From an uncultured bacterium (lineage in GTDB: Bacteria; Margulisbacteria; WOR-1; CAVSGV01): a DNA stretch of 64,000 bases. Below the pieces are notes generated by a model. That model ran no database searches. It was not told the origin of the DNA and saw only the letters and a program-made list of their open reading frames with translations. The stretch lies in NCBI GenBank assembly GCA_963768305.1, contig CAVYHE010000004.1, positions 32,001-96,000 of the forward strand, written 5' to 3'. Positions 55,126-64,000 of the stretch are shown here, piece after piece; positions within the stretch are counted from its first letter, which is position 1, and each line of letters begins with the position of its first letter. The translations under genes were made by a program, and so were the position numbers.

Positions 55126-56783
55126 ATGCTTTCAGATATAGAGATAGCCCAAAAAGCTAAACTTAGACCGATACTGGACATTGCTAAAAAGGCGGGGTTC
55201 AAGGCGTCGGAAGTGGAGCTGTACGGAAAAGATAAGGCCAAGATCAATCTTTCCGCGCTGAAAAGATTATCGAAAAAGAAGAACGGTAAGCTTATCCTTA
55301 TTACGACGATCACTCCGACATCGTTGGGCGAGGGGAAAACCACCACGACCATCGGCCTCGGCCAGGCGTTCGCAAAGCTCGGGCAAAAAGCATTTGTCTG
55401 TATCCGCGAGCCTTCGCTCGGCCCTGTCATGGGACTTAAAGGCGGAGCGGCAGGAGGCGGATATTCGCAGGTCCTTCCGATGGACGACATAAACCTTCAT
55501 TTTACCGGCGACATCCATATGGTCGCCGCGGCGCACAATCTTCTTTCAGCCATGATCGATAACCATATTTTCCAGGGGAATGAGCTTAATATTGATCCTC
55601 AGCGCGATAGTGTGGCGAAGATGCATGGACATGAACGACAGGGCGCTCCGGAACATCACTTTATCTTATAAAAATGTGACCAGAACAGAAGGTTTTGATA
55701 TCACTGCGGCATCTGAAGTCATGGCGATCCTTTCCTTGTCAGAAAACTTGACCGACATGAAGAACAGGCTTGGGAAGATAATCATAGGATATGACAAGAA
55801 CGGGGCTGAAATCACCGCAAAAGACCTTAAAGCCGCCGGAGCTATGGCTCTTTTGTTGAAAGAAGCGTTAAAACCGAACCTCGTCCAGACCATCGAAGGC
55901 ACTCCCGCGTTCATTCATGGCGGGCCTTTTGCCAATATCGCGCACGGATGCAACAGTATCGTGGCTACACGCCTTGCTTTAAAGGCTTCGGACTTCGTTA
56001 TTACCGAAGCGGGGTTTGGTGCCGATTTGGGTGCCGAGAAGTTCATTGACATAAAATGCCGCCAAACGGGTTTAAAGCCCGATCTTGTAATCGTCACCCT
56101 CACATGCAGGGCCTTAAAAAGGCAGGGCGGGGTCAAAAAAGAGGAATTGTCAAAGAATAATATCGATGCGCTGACGAAAGGCCTTCCGAATCTGGACAGG
56201 CATATCGAAGGTTTAAGGCTTTTTGGGGTGCCTTTACTGGTGGCGATCAATCTGCGGCCCGAAGATACGAAGGAGGAGATCAATGCCGTGCTCGAGCATT
56301 GCAAAAGGATCAAGAGTCGACGCGGTTGTTTCAGATATGTGGCGAAAGGGCGGGGCGGGCGGCGTTAAATTGGCAAAAATGGCCATCGAAATGATCAGGT
56401 CACCGTCCCAATTCAAATATTTATATGAATTGAATCTGCCCGTGACGGCGAAAATTGAGACCATCGCGAAAAAGATATACGGCGCCGACGGAGTTGTCTT
56501 TACAAAAGAGGCGGAACATGACATGTTGGATATTGAAAAGAACGGATATTCCGGGCTTCCGATATGCATGGCCAAGACCCAGTATTCATTATCTGACGAT
56601 CCGAACTTGCTCGGCGCCCCGAAAGGCTTTAATATTACCGTGAAAAAGATAAAAGTTTCCGCGGGCGCGGGTTTCATTGTCGCTTATACCGGCGACATAA
56701 TGACAATGCCCGGGCTGCCCAAGCATCCCGCGGCTGAGAACATGGATATTTCCGAGAACGGAAAAATCAAGGGGTTATTCTGA
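55126..56783 (+). CDS. fhs: Formate--tetrahydrofolate ligase; indels near 55600 and 56310
   Basis: [66 protein letters not shown]. Confidence 0.95.
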
Positions 56784-57340
56784 TGAATTTGAAAAAGATC
56801 GAAAAAGCCGTTAGGGAGATCTTAACCGCGATAGGAGAGGACCCCGATCGTCACGGCCTTAAAGATACCCCCGCGCGCGTCGCAAGGATGTACGCGGAAA
56901 TATTTTCCGGTATCGCGATCGATCCAGCAAAAGAAATAAAAATATTCCATGAAGGCGAACACGAGGAAATGATCATGGTGAAGGATATCCCGTTCTATTC
57001 TGTCTGCGAGCATCATCTTGTTCCTTTTATCGGTAAGGCGCATGTGGCTTATATCCCTACGAAAGGAAAAGTCACGGGACTTAGCAAGCTTATCCGGGTC
57101 GTGGAAGGTTATGCTAAAAGATTACAGGTGCAGGAGCGCCTTACAAGCCAGATCGCGGACACGCTTATGGAAAAACTCGATCCCCGGGGCGTGCTGGTGA
57201 TAATCGAGGCAGAGCATCTATGCATGTCCATGCGCGGCGTGAAAAAAGCGGGTTCCGTCACAGTGACCTCCGCGGTAAGAGGGATCTTCAGGAAGAACAC
57301 AACGACGAAAGCGGAAGCACTGGCACTTATAAAATCCTGA
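56783..57340 (+). CDS. folE: GTP cyclohydrolase I
   Basis: [35 protein letters not shown]. Confidence 0.97.
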   Translation: MNLKKIEKAVREILTAIGEDPDRHGLKDTPARVARMYAEIFSGIAIDPAKEIKIFHEGEHEEMIMVKDIPFYSVCEHHLVPFIGKAHVAYIPTKGKVTGLSKLIRVVEGYAKRLQVQERLTSQIADTLMEKLDPRGVLVIIEAEHLCMSMRGVKKAGSVTVTSAVRGIFRKNTTTKAEALALIKS

Positions 57341-57341
57341 A

Positions 57342-58211
57342 ATGTCCGATATCCAGATATTGAAGGCCTCAGAAAATAATTACCCCGGACTTCTAAAAAA
57401 AATATATGATCCTCCCAAGGAACTTTATGTCAGAGGCGATATGAACATTCTCAATAGCCGGTGCATCGCAATAGTCGGGACGCGAAAAGCGACGCATTAC
57501 GGAAAAGAGTCGGCCAAGCGTCTTGCTTATGAACTTTCAAAGAACGGATTCACCATCGTCTCCGGCCTTGCGGAAGGCATTGATACCGAGGCGCATAAAG
57601 GCGCGCTTGATGCGGGAGGAAAGACAATAGCTGTTTTCGGGTGCGGTATCGACCAGATCTTTCCGTCAGAAAATCGAAAGCTTGCTGAAAAGATCGAGGA
57701 GAACGGCGCGTTAATATCGGAGTACGGACCCGGCGCAGCTGCCGCAAAATGGACGTTCCCAAGAAGGAACAGGATTATTTCCGGGCTTTCTGTCGGGACC
57801 GTGATGGTCGAGGGACACTGGGAGAGCGGGGCCATGATCACCGCAAAGCTCGCTTTGGAAGAGGGCAGGGAGGTTTTCGCTGTCCCCGGGAATATCGAAC
57901 TTGACCAGTCAAAAGGCCCGCACTGGCTCATTAAGCAGGGTGCTAAGCTGGTCGAAAATGTGGATGACATCCTTGAGGAATTCAACATGAAACGCTTATC
58001 TGACGGGGAAAAGACGCGAAAGGCGGATCATTCACAGCTTTCTATAGATGAGATCAAGATCGTGTCGCAGTTGAGCCACGAACCAAAACACATCGATGAC
58101 ATATCAGCTCAAAGCAAACTGTCTGTCCACGAAGCACTGGGATTATTGTCTGTGCTTGAAATAAAAGGGGCCGTAAAGCAGCTTCCGGGGAAATATTTTA
58201 TTATTTGTTGA
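57342..58211 (+). CDS. dprA: DNA-processing protein DprA
   Basis: IAIVGTR, IVSGLAEGID, FPRRNRIISGLS, GREVFAVPG, C-terminal winged helix. Confidence 0.95.
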   Translation: MSDIQILKASENNYPGLLKKIYDPPKELYVRGDMNILNSRCIAIVGTRKATHYGKESAKRLAYELSKNGFTIVSGLAEGIDTEAHKGALDAGGKTIAVFGCGIDQIFPSENRKLAEKIEENGALISEYGPGAAAAKWTFPRRNRIISGLSVGTVMVEGHWESGAMITAKLALEEGREVFAVPGNIELDQSKGPHWLIKQGAKLVENVDDILEEFNMKRLSDGEKTRKADHSQLSIDEIKIVSQLSHEPKHIDDISAQSKLSVHEALGLLSVLEIKGAVKQLPGKYFIIC

Positions 58212-58782
58212 GCGCTTTTTTAAGTTTTTCCGTGGCGGTCTTTGCTATCCTTGAGACCTGCGATTCCGAAAGTTTTATTTCCTTGCCTATCTCCTTGAAT
58301 GTTTTGTCATGGTTATAATATCCTTTGATAACAGCTTTTTCAGAATCGGAAAGGTTCTGCATCGCGCTTTCCACCGTAATGGAAGCATCTGATTCTTCAT
58401 GCACCATTGATTCCTTGTTGAACGCCATGTAAATATTGGCGGCAGAAGTGATGAACTCATACATTCCTGTAACGGGATCGGACCCTCTTTTTCTAAGGTA
58501 ATCCTGCATGGCACCTTTAAGCCGGACGCTTACGTATGGCCAAAGGGGGCCCTTTCTGGGATCCCAGGTCTTGAGCGTGTCAATGAAAGCTATTTTTGCT
58601 TCGGATATGAGATCGTCAGCTTCGGCTTGCGCGACATTTTTCGGGAGCCCGCCGATATACCATCTTGCGGTCTTCGTGATCTGGTCCTTGTATTTCACTA
58701 ACACTTCGTCCGAATATTTCAGGAAGTGCTCTCTCATTATGCTTATTATCCGGTCCTCTATCTCTTTTCTTGATACCAGCAT
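58201..58782 (-). CDS. Sigma-70 family factor, FliA/WhiG-like but short (193 aa)
   Basis: Region 2 DDLISEA...WDPRKG...YVSVRLKGAMQDYLR; region 4 LSDSEKAVI..YY...TFKEIG...LSESQVSRI. Confidence 0.82.
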   Translation of the reverse strand: MLVSRKEIEDRIISIMREHFLKYSDEVLVKYKDQITKTARWYIGGLPKNVAQAEADDLISEAKIAFIDTLKTWDPRKGPLWPYVSVRLKGAMQDYLRKRGSDPVTGMYEFITSAANIYMAFNKESMVHEESDASITVESAMQNLSDSEKAVIKGYYNHDKTFKEIGKEIKLSESQVSRIAKTATEKLKKALNK

Positions 58783-59012
58783 CAGGCCTGCCCCTTAAAG
58801 GATCTATTGACGGCTTTTATCAATTCATCTTCTCTTTCTTTTTTCTTTTCGGGATCCAACTCGTTGCCGAAAGCACCCGACCATTTTCTCATGAATCCGT
58901 AGAAGTTTCTTAACACGGGGGATATCCATGAAGGGGTGGGGCCAACAGGCCGTTCAACCTGCGCTTCCCTTGAAATGCGCACGCTGTCCCTCTCTATTCT
59001 GTTGTCGATCAT
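58782..59012 (-). CDS. Hypothetical 76-aa protein with a DSVRISREA motif (possibly FlgM-like)
   Basis: Translationally coupled to both neighbours; D-x-V-x-I-S-x-x-A motif. Confidence 0.55.
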   Translation of the reverse strand: MIDNRIERDSVRISREAQVERPVGPTPSWISPVLRNFYGFMRKWSGAFGNELDPEKKKEREDELIKAVNRSFKGQA

Positions 59013-59314
59013 TTTGTGGATGGACCTCCGGGTATTTTTTCAGGGACAGGTTTGCGCAGGCGGGTCTCTTCCATTTTCTTGTCGATAAAAACGCTCGCAA
59101 CGGACAGCGCCTGCCTGCGGAGATCGGGATTTGATACCACCACGTCAGCTATCTTTGAGACCATTTTTGTGAAGCCGGCACTTAATGTGAACGAATGGCC
59201 GTACTCCACCTCAAGGGCCGACCGCACTATTTTTTCAACATGCTCTTTCGCGCTGCTCCGCGGATCTATCTGTTCAAGCATCCTCGCGTGGAATATATCT
59301 GTTTTTTCCGTCAT
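59009..59314 (-). CDS. Hypothetical 101-aa helical protein
   Basis: GAAGG RBS; first gene after the sigma-28-type promoter; overlaps the next start. Confidence 0.65.
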   Translation of the reverse strand: MTEKTDIFHARMLEQIDPRSSAKEHVEKIVRSALEVEYGHSFTLSAGFTKMVSKIADVVVSNPDLRRQALSVASVFIDKKMEETRLRKPVPEKIPGGPSTK

Positions 59315-59425
59315 ATTTTTCCTTCTCGGAACTGCGGCTAAAAGCCGCGGTTCCTTTTAAGTCTTTGATTTTGGAACCGAGAGTTTTACTCTCAGGTTCC
59401 AAAAAGCCCGCATTTCACCTATATG

Positions 59426-59456
59426 TTATCGTCAATATCAGGCGAATATTTCACTT
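59426..59456 (-). promoter_or_regulatory. Sigma-28-type promoter AAGTGAAA-N15-GACGATAA
   Basis: Directly after the flhA stop and upstream of the sigma operon; same spacing as the other two copies. Confidence 0.72.
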
Positions 59457-61541
59457 AATCTTGCGATATCATCCCTATGGATTGCACCTTCACCTGAGGG
59501 ACTATTTCGTTATATGAAAGCACCGCCATGTCGGGAAAGCTTCTTTCAATGAACCTTTTGAAATGCGGCCTTAACCTGGGTGAACAGAGTATCACAGGGA
59601 GAAGCTTCATCCTTTTGAAATTCTGGAGCTGCGAAGATATCTGGACAAGGATGCGCTCTCCAACATTCGGGTCAAGCGCGAGGAACGAACCGTATTCGGA
59701 TTGATGGATAGCTCCTATCATTACTTCTTCCAGTCCCGGATCTATGGTAACAACCGTTATCACGCCTTCCTTGTCAGTATATATTTCGCAGATCTGTCTC
59801 GCGAGCGACTGCCTCACATATTCGGTAAGGATATTGATGTCGCGCGAGAGGTGCGCGTAGTCGGCGAGCCTTTCAAGTATCGTAGAAAGGTCCCTTATAG
59901 AGACGCGTTCTCTCACCAATAATTGCAATACTTTATGCACCTGGCCGAGAGATAGCATATCGGGGATCAATTCCCTGACGATCGCGGCATTCGTGTTCTT
60001 GACAAGCTCTATCAATGACTGGACGTTCTGCCTTGTCATTATCTCGTCGGCATAGCGCTTTATTATTTCAGTAAAGTGCTTTGACATTACCTCCACTGTT
60101 TCTTCGGATTCTATGTTCTGCCTTTGCAGCTCCGGTGCCATGTCTTCGGGCACCCATGTGACCGCGTCTCCCGTCACAGCATCCTTCATTTCTACTCCTG
60201 TGATGTTCTTCTCCCTTAATTCAGCTGCGGGCTTACGGATGCATCTGTGGCCGATGAGCGCTTCGCCGGTGGAAACTTTCGTTCCTCGGATCTCTATCAC
60301 ATATTCATTCGGAGGAAGAGAGAGATCGTCCATTACTCTCACTCCTGGGATGACGAATCCCAGCTCCTGCCCGATGCGGTACCTTATTAATGTGATCTTT
60401 TCAAGCAGCGGGCCTTTTTGAGCGGGATCGATGAGAGGGATCAGGTTCCTTCCGGTCCTTAAGCTGAGAGGATCAAGTCCAAGCGTTCCGAGGATGCTCT
60501 CCGGCTTTTTCAGCAGCTCTTTTGCCGAGACTTCTTCCGTCACGCTTTTAGTGTCCTGCTTTTTTTCTTTTGTTTGCAGAAGAACAACCGTCAGGACAGC
60601 GCTTAAGCCCGCCAGGGTCAGGAACGGGAATGTCGGCAGCCCCGGTATGATGGCGAAAAATCCAAGGATAACTGAAACGAATGCGAAAGCCCTTGGTTGG
60701 GCGAATATCTGGTTCGCTATGTCGGTCCCAAGGCTCATCTCCGATGCCGACTTTGTTATGACAAGTCCTGTTGCTATCGAAACAAGAAGGGCAGGGATCT
60801 GGGTGACAAGGCCGTCTCCGACTGTCAGCAAAGCGTAAGTTGAAAGCGCTTCCATGACGCCCATTCCGTGCTGCAGCCATCCGACAAGGATGCCGCCGAG
60901 GCTGTTAACAAGAACGATTATGATCCCGGCGATTGCGTCCCCCCTGACGAATTTATTGGCGCCGTCCATGGAACCGAAGAAAGTGGCTTCCTGCTCTATC
61001 TTTCTCCTGCGTCCCTTGCCTCGTTCGCGTCTATCAGGCCCGCGTTCAGGTCCGCGTCGATGCTCATTTGTTTGCCCGGCATCGCGTCCAAAGTGAACCT
61101 TGCCGCAACCTCCGCGACCCTTTCGGAACCTTTGGTTATGACGACGAACTGAACGATAGTGATAATCACGAATATTATCGCGCCGACGACATAATTGCCG
61201 CGCACGACGAAATTCCCGAAAGCGTTTATTACTTCTCCGGCGTTCGCCTGAAGCAGTATCAGCCTGGATGCTGCAATATTAAGGGACAGCCTGTAAAGCG
61301 TCACTATCAAAAGTATCGACGGGAAAGCCGCGAATTCCAGCGGTTCCCTCAGGTACATGGCGACAAGAAGTATGGTAAGGGCGAAAGCGATGTTCAGAGT
61401 GATAAGAATGTCCATTATTACGGTGGGCAGGGGCACTATCATGAGGGCGATGATGCAGATGAGCAGTACGGCTACAAGGAAATCCGATACTGAAAATAGA
61501 TTCCTTACACTTTTAATATCAAAATTAATCGGAAAAGCCAT
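59455..61541 (-). CDS. flhA: Type III export gate FlhA/SctV; indel near 61000
   Basis: [73 protein letters not shown]. Confidence 0.93.
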
Positions 61542-61574
61542 CTTAGGGTAATTTTAACAGGGCTGTGCCATTAT

Positions 61575-62690
61575 TCAAGTTTTTCTTGTACCCACAAGCG
61601 GGCCCAGGTACGCTTTAAGCTTTTCTGCGCGGGTTTTCTTCAGTTTGAAGACATAAGCCAGGACTTCCGCGACCGCCTGATACAGCTCTCCGGGGATCTG
61701 TTTCCCGACATCGGTCGTCCTGTAGATAGATCTTGCGAGCGGCTCGTTCTCCATAATGGGGATATATGCGTTGTCGGCTATCTTTTTTATCTGCTCCGCG
61801 GCTTTTCTTTCTCCCTTTGCGAGGACCGTAGGTGCTTTCATCTTTGATGCTTCATATTGCAGCGCGACGGCTATGTGTATTGGGTTGGTCACAACGACGT
61901 CAGCCTTGGGGACTGCGGCCATCATTCTCTGATATGCGACCTGCCTCTGCAGCTCGCGCATCCTCTGCTTTATCATCGGGTCCCCTTCAAGCCGCTTGTA
62001 CTCCTCCTTTATCTCCTGTTTTGTCATCTTCAGCCCGCGCATGTATTCCCATCTCTTGTAGAGGTAATCAAGGATCGCGATGGCGACATAGAAAAGGCCT
62101 ACCCTGAAAGCTACATTATAAGCGATGGATCCTCCCAGGACTATCGCGTCCCATGGCTGGCCATTGATGAGGATAACGATCGATGGGATGTCGTCCTTGA
62201 CGGCTCCCCACATTATCCAGAAAACGATAACGATCTTGACGATCGACTTAATGAGCTCGACGAAGCCCTGAAGGGAGAACATCCTCTTGAACCCTTCGGC
62301 AGGGGAGATCCTCTCAAGTTTTGGCGAAAGCGGATCGATCGAAAAAACCAGTCCGGTCTGCAGAGCTTCCGCCGCGAAAGCGACGAATACCGTCAGCCCG
62401 AAGATCGGCGCCACGCAAAAAGCCAGGCCGCGCAGGCCTAAAAGCAGGACGTATCCGGCAAATGTAAGTGAAAATTCATTCTGGTTCGGTATTTGATTGA
62501 AGATCGTTTGCGCCATAAGCGTAAGGTTGTTCCAAACATACACACCCGTGTATCTGAAAAGCATGTATGAGAATATCAGCAGAAGAGCGGTGGTTACCTC
62601 CTTGCTTTTTGCGATCTGGCCCTTTTCCCTGGCCTCGCGAAGGCGATGAGGTGTTGGCTCTTCCGATTTTTCCCCGGCTTCTTCGGCCAT
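61575..62690 (-). CDS. flhB: Type III export switch protein FlhB/SctU
   Basis: EKSEEPT..RL..AREKGQ, KMTKQEIKEEYK..EGDP, NPIH, LYQAVAEVL. Confidence 0.95.
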   Translation of the reverse strand: MAEEAGEKSEEPTPHRLREAREKGQIAKSKEVTTALLLIFSYMLFRYTGVYVWNNLTLMAQTIFNQIPNQNEFSLTFAGYVLLLGLRGLAFCVAPIFGLTVFVAFAAEALQTGLVFSIDPLSPKLERISPAEGFKRMFSLQGFVELIKSIVKIVIVFWIMWGAVKDDIPSIVILINGQPWDAIVLGGSIAYNVAFRVGLFYVAIAILDYLYKRWEYMRGLKMTKQEIKEEYKRLEGDPMIKQRMRELQRQVAYQRMMAAVPKADVVVTNPIHIAVALQYEASKMKAPTVLAKGERKAAEQIKKIADNAYIPIMENEPLARSIYRTTDVGKQIPGELYQAVAEVLAYVFKLKKTRAEKLKAYLGPLVGTRKT

Positions 62691-62693
62691 TTT

Positions 62694-63470
62694 TTACCTC
62701 CCGGAGAGCAGGACCAGGGTTTTGGCTACTTCGGTCCCGGCCTGGCTTATCAATAACATTATATGATTAATAAGCAAGGGCGACAACAACATCAGCCCGA
62801 AAAGCCCGAGAGCGGGCTTGACCTGGAATCCAAGCATGAACACGTTGACCTGAGGCGCGACGCGCGATACTATCCCGAACGAGAAATCGCACAGGAAGAT
62901 GAGCAAAAGCATCGGAGCGCAAAGCTGGATGGATGCGATCCAGAAGACCCGCATAAGGTCCAGCATCTGAAGAAGAAGATCCGGCTTTGTAAAATCAATG
63001 ATGCTGACTATCGGTATAGCTACAAAGCTCTGGTGGAGCGCGGATAATACCATGTGGTGGCCGTCAACGATCAGGAAGATCAGGAGCGCGACAAGGAACA
63101 AAAAAGACCCGACCATGGAAGAAGATGTTCCGGTGGTGGGGGAGAGCACGTTAGCCACAGAAAGCCCCATCTGCATGTCAAGGATGTCGCCGGCGGCTTG
63201 AGCGCTTTGCAGCAATATGGATGCGACAAATCCGATGGTGAATCCCACAAAAACTTCGATCGCAATGGCGATAAGAAAAGCCATCATAGAATCGGGAAGC
63301 GCGCGGACCGGAACAACGAACCACAGCACCGTTGCAAGCCATATTGCCAGGCACATTTTGGCATAACCCGGGAAGGATTTCGTGCTCAGCAGAGGCGCTT
63401 CTATGAAAAGTCCGGCGACCCGCGCAAGAATAAGGAAATATATCTCAATTTGGGGCAGCCCTATTACCAT
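62694..63470 (-). CDS. fliR: Type III export protein FliR/SctT
   Basis: AGDILDMQMGL, DGHH, RVAPQVNVF. Confidence 0.93.
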   Translation of the reverse strand: MVIGLPQIEIYFLILARVAGLFIEAPLLSTKSFPGYAKMCLAIWLATVLWFVVPVRALPDSMMAFLIAIAIEVFVGFTIGFVASILLQSAQAAGDILDMQMGLSVANVLSPTTGTSSSMVGSFLFLVALLIFLIVDGHHMVLSALHQSFVAIPIVSIIDFTKPDLLLQMLDLMRVFWIASIQLCAPMLLLIFLCDFSFGIVSRVAPQVNVFMLGFQVKPALGLFGLMLLSPLLINHIMLLISQAGTEVAKTLVLLSGR

Positions 63471-63471
63471 T

Positions 63472-63741
63472 TCATCTTGCCATTGCGGGAATGTTCGACC
63501 AGAGCGTGACGGTGAAATCTATCAGCAACGAGGCCATCCACGGAGCCGTAATAGCCACTATTCCCATGACGGCGATTACTTTTGGGACGAAAGTGAGAGT
63601 TTGTTCCTGTATCTGGGTCACCGCCTGAAACAGGCTGATGATGAAGCCGACTATCAAGCCGATGCCGACCGACGGCATTGAAATAAGCAATACCAGGATA
63701 ACTCCGTTATAGATGACCTGAACCGCAAAATCTGTGCTCAT
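63472..63741 (-). CDS. fliQ: Type III export protein FliQ/SctS
   Basis: [20 protein letters not shown]. Confidence 0.95.
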   Translation of the reverse strand: MSTDFAVQVIYNGVILVLLISMPSVGIGLIVGFIISLFQAVTQIQEQTLTFVPKVIAVMGIVAITAPWMASLLIDFTVTLWSNIPAMAR

Positions 63742-64000
63742 CTGAAGCTCATCAACAATCCTTTCGTTATAAGGTTCCAGCCGTCCGAGAGAACAAAAAG
63801 CAATATCTTAAAAGGAAGCGAGACCATCACAGGAGACAGCATGAACATTCCGAGAGAGAGAAGGATATTGGCCACCACCAGATCGATTATGACAAATGGA
63901 ATAAAAAGCAGGAATCCTATCTGGAACGCCGTTTTTAATTCAGATATCATGAACGCGGGAATAAGGACATACACAGGAACGTCGTTCACGGTTTTCGGCG
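63738..64000 (-). CDS. fliP: Type III export protein FliP/SctR (3' part; 5' end outside window)
   Basis: [36 protein letters not shown]. Confidence 0.95.
   Translation of the reverse strand, partial: PKTVNDVPVYVLIPAFMISELKTAFQIGFLLFIPFVIIDLVVANILLSLGMFMLSPVMVSLPFKILLFVLSDGWNLITKGLLMSFR

Noticed and set aside
1..64000. CRISPR arrays, IS elements, integrases, prophage and rRNA
   Set aside because: No regularly spaced repeats, transposase, recombinase, phage or rRNA sequence recognised.

Overview
A gene-dense bacterial chromosome segment of mostly housekeeping genes. These cover asd, cysE/cysS, serS, femX-murE, pyrKD, accC-nusB-rib, gcvPB, holA-PBP-trpS-scpAB, queE, alr-dnaX-ybaB-recR, four-subunit PFOR, HU, fhs-folE-dprA and five tRNAs. 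The gene mix suggests an anaerobic Terrabacteria lineage such as Saganbacteria/Margulisbacteria, but this is inference only. About twenty genes, including essential ones, carry indels, which points to sequencing errors rather than real pseudogenes. Three things stand out. (1) A type III export gate (fliP-fliQ-fliR-flhB-flhA) is followed by two orphan genes and a short sigma-28-like factor instead of flhF/flhG. One promoter motif, AAGTGAAA-N15-G(T/A)CGATA, lies upstream of this sigma operon and of two distant AT-rich orphan loci whose proteins have Ser/Thr/Pro-rich N-termini, suggesting a sigma-28/T3SS substrate regulon. One of those orphans sits in an insertion that duplicated the 3' end of trpG with only synonymous differences. 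(2) An AT-rich cassette carries a divergent HMG-CoA-reductase-like enzyme between the membrane sensor halves of two divergently transcribed 7TM-GAF histidine kinases, resembling a signal synthase/receptor module. (3) Envelope and expression oddities include a tandem GT-C duplication, FemX beside a MurE with a DDPH motif, a CsaB-WecG fusion and many apparently leaderless promoters.
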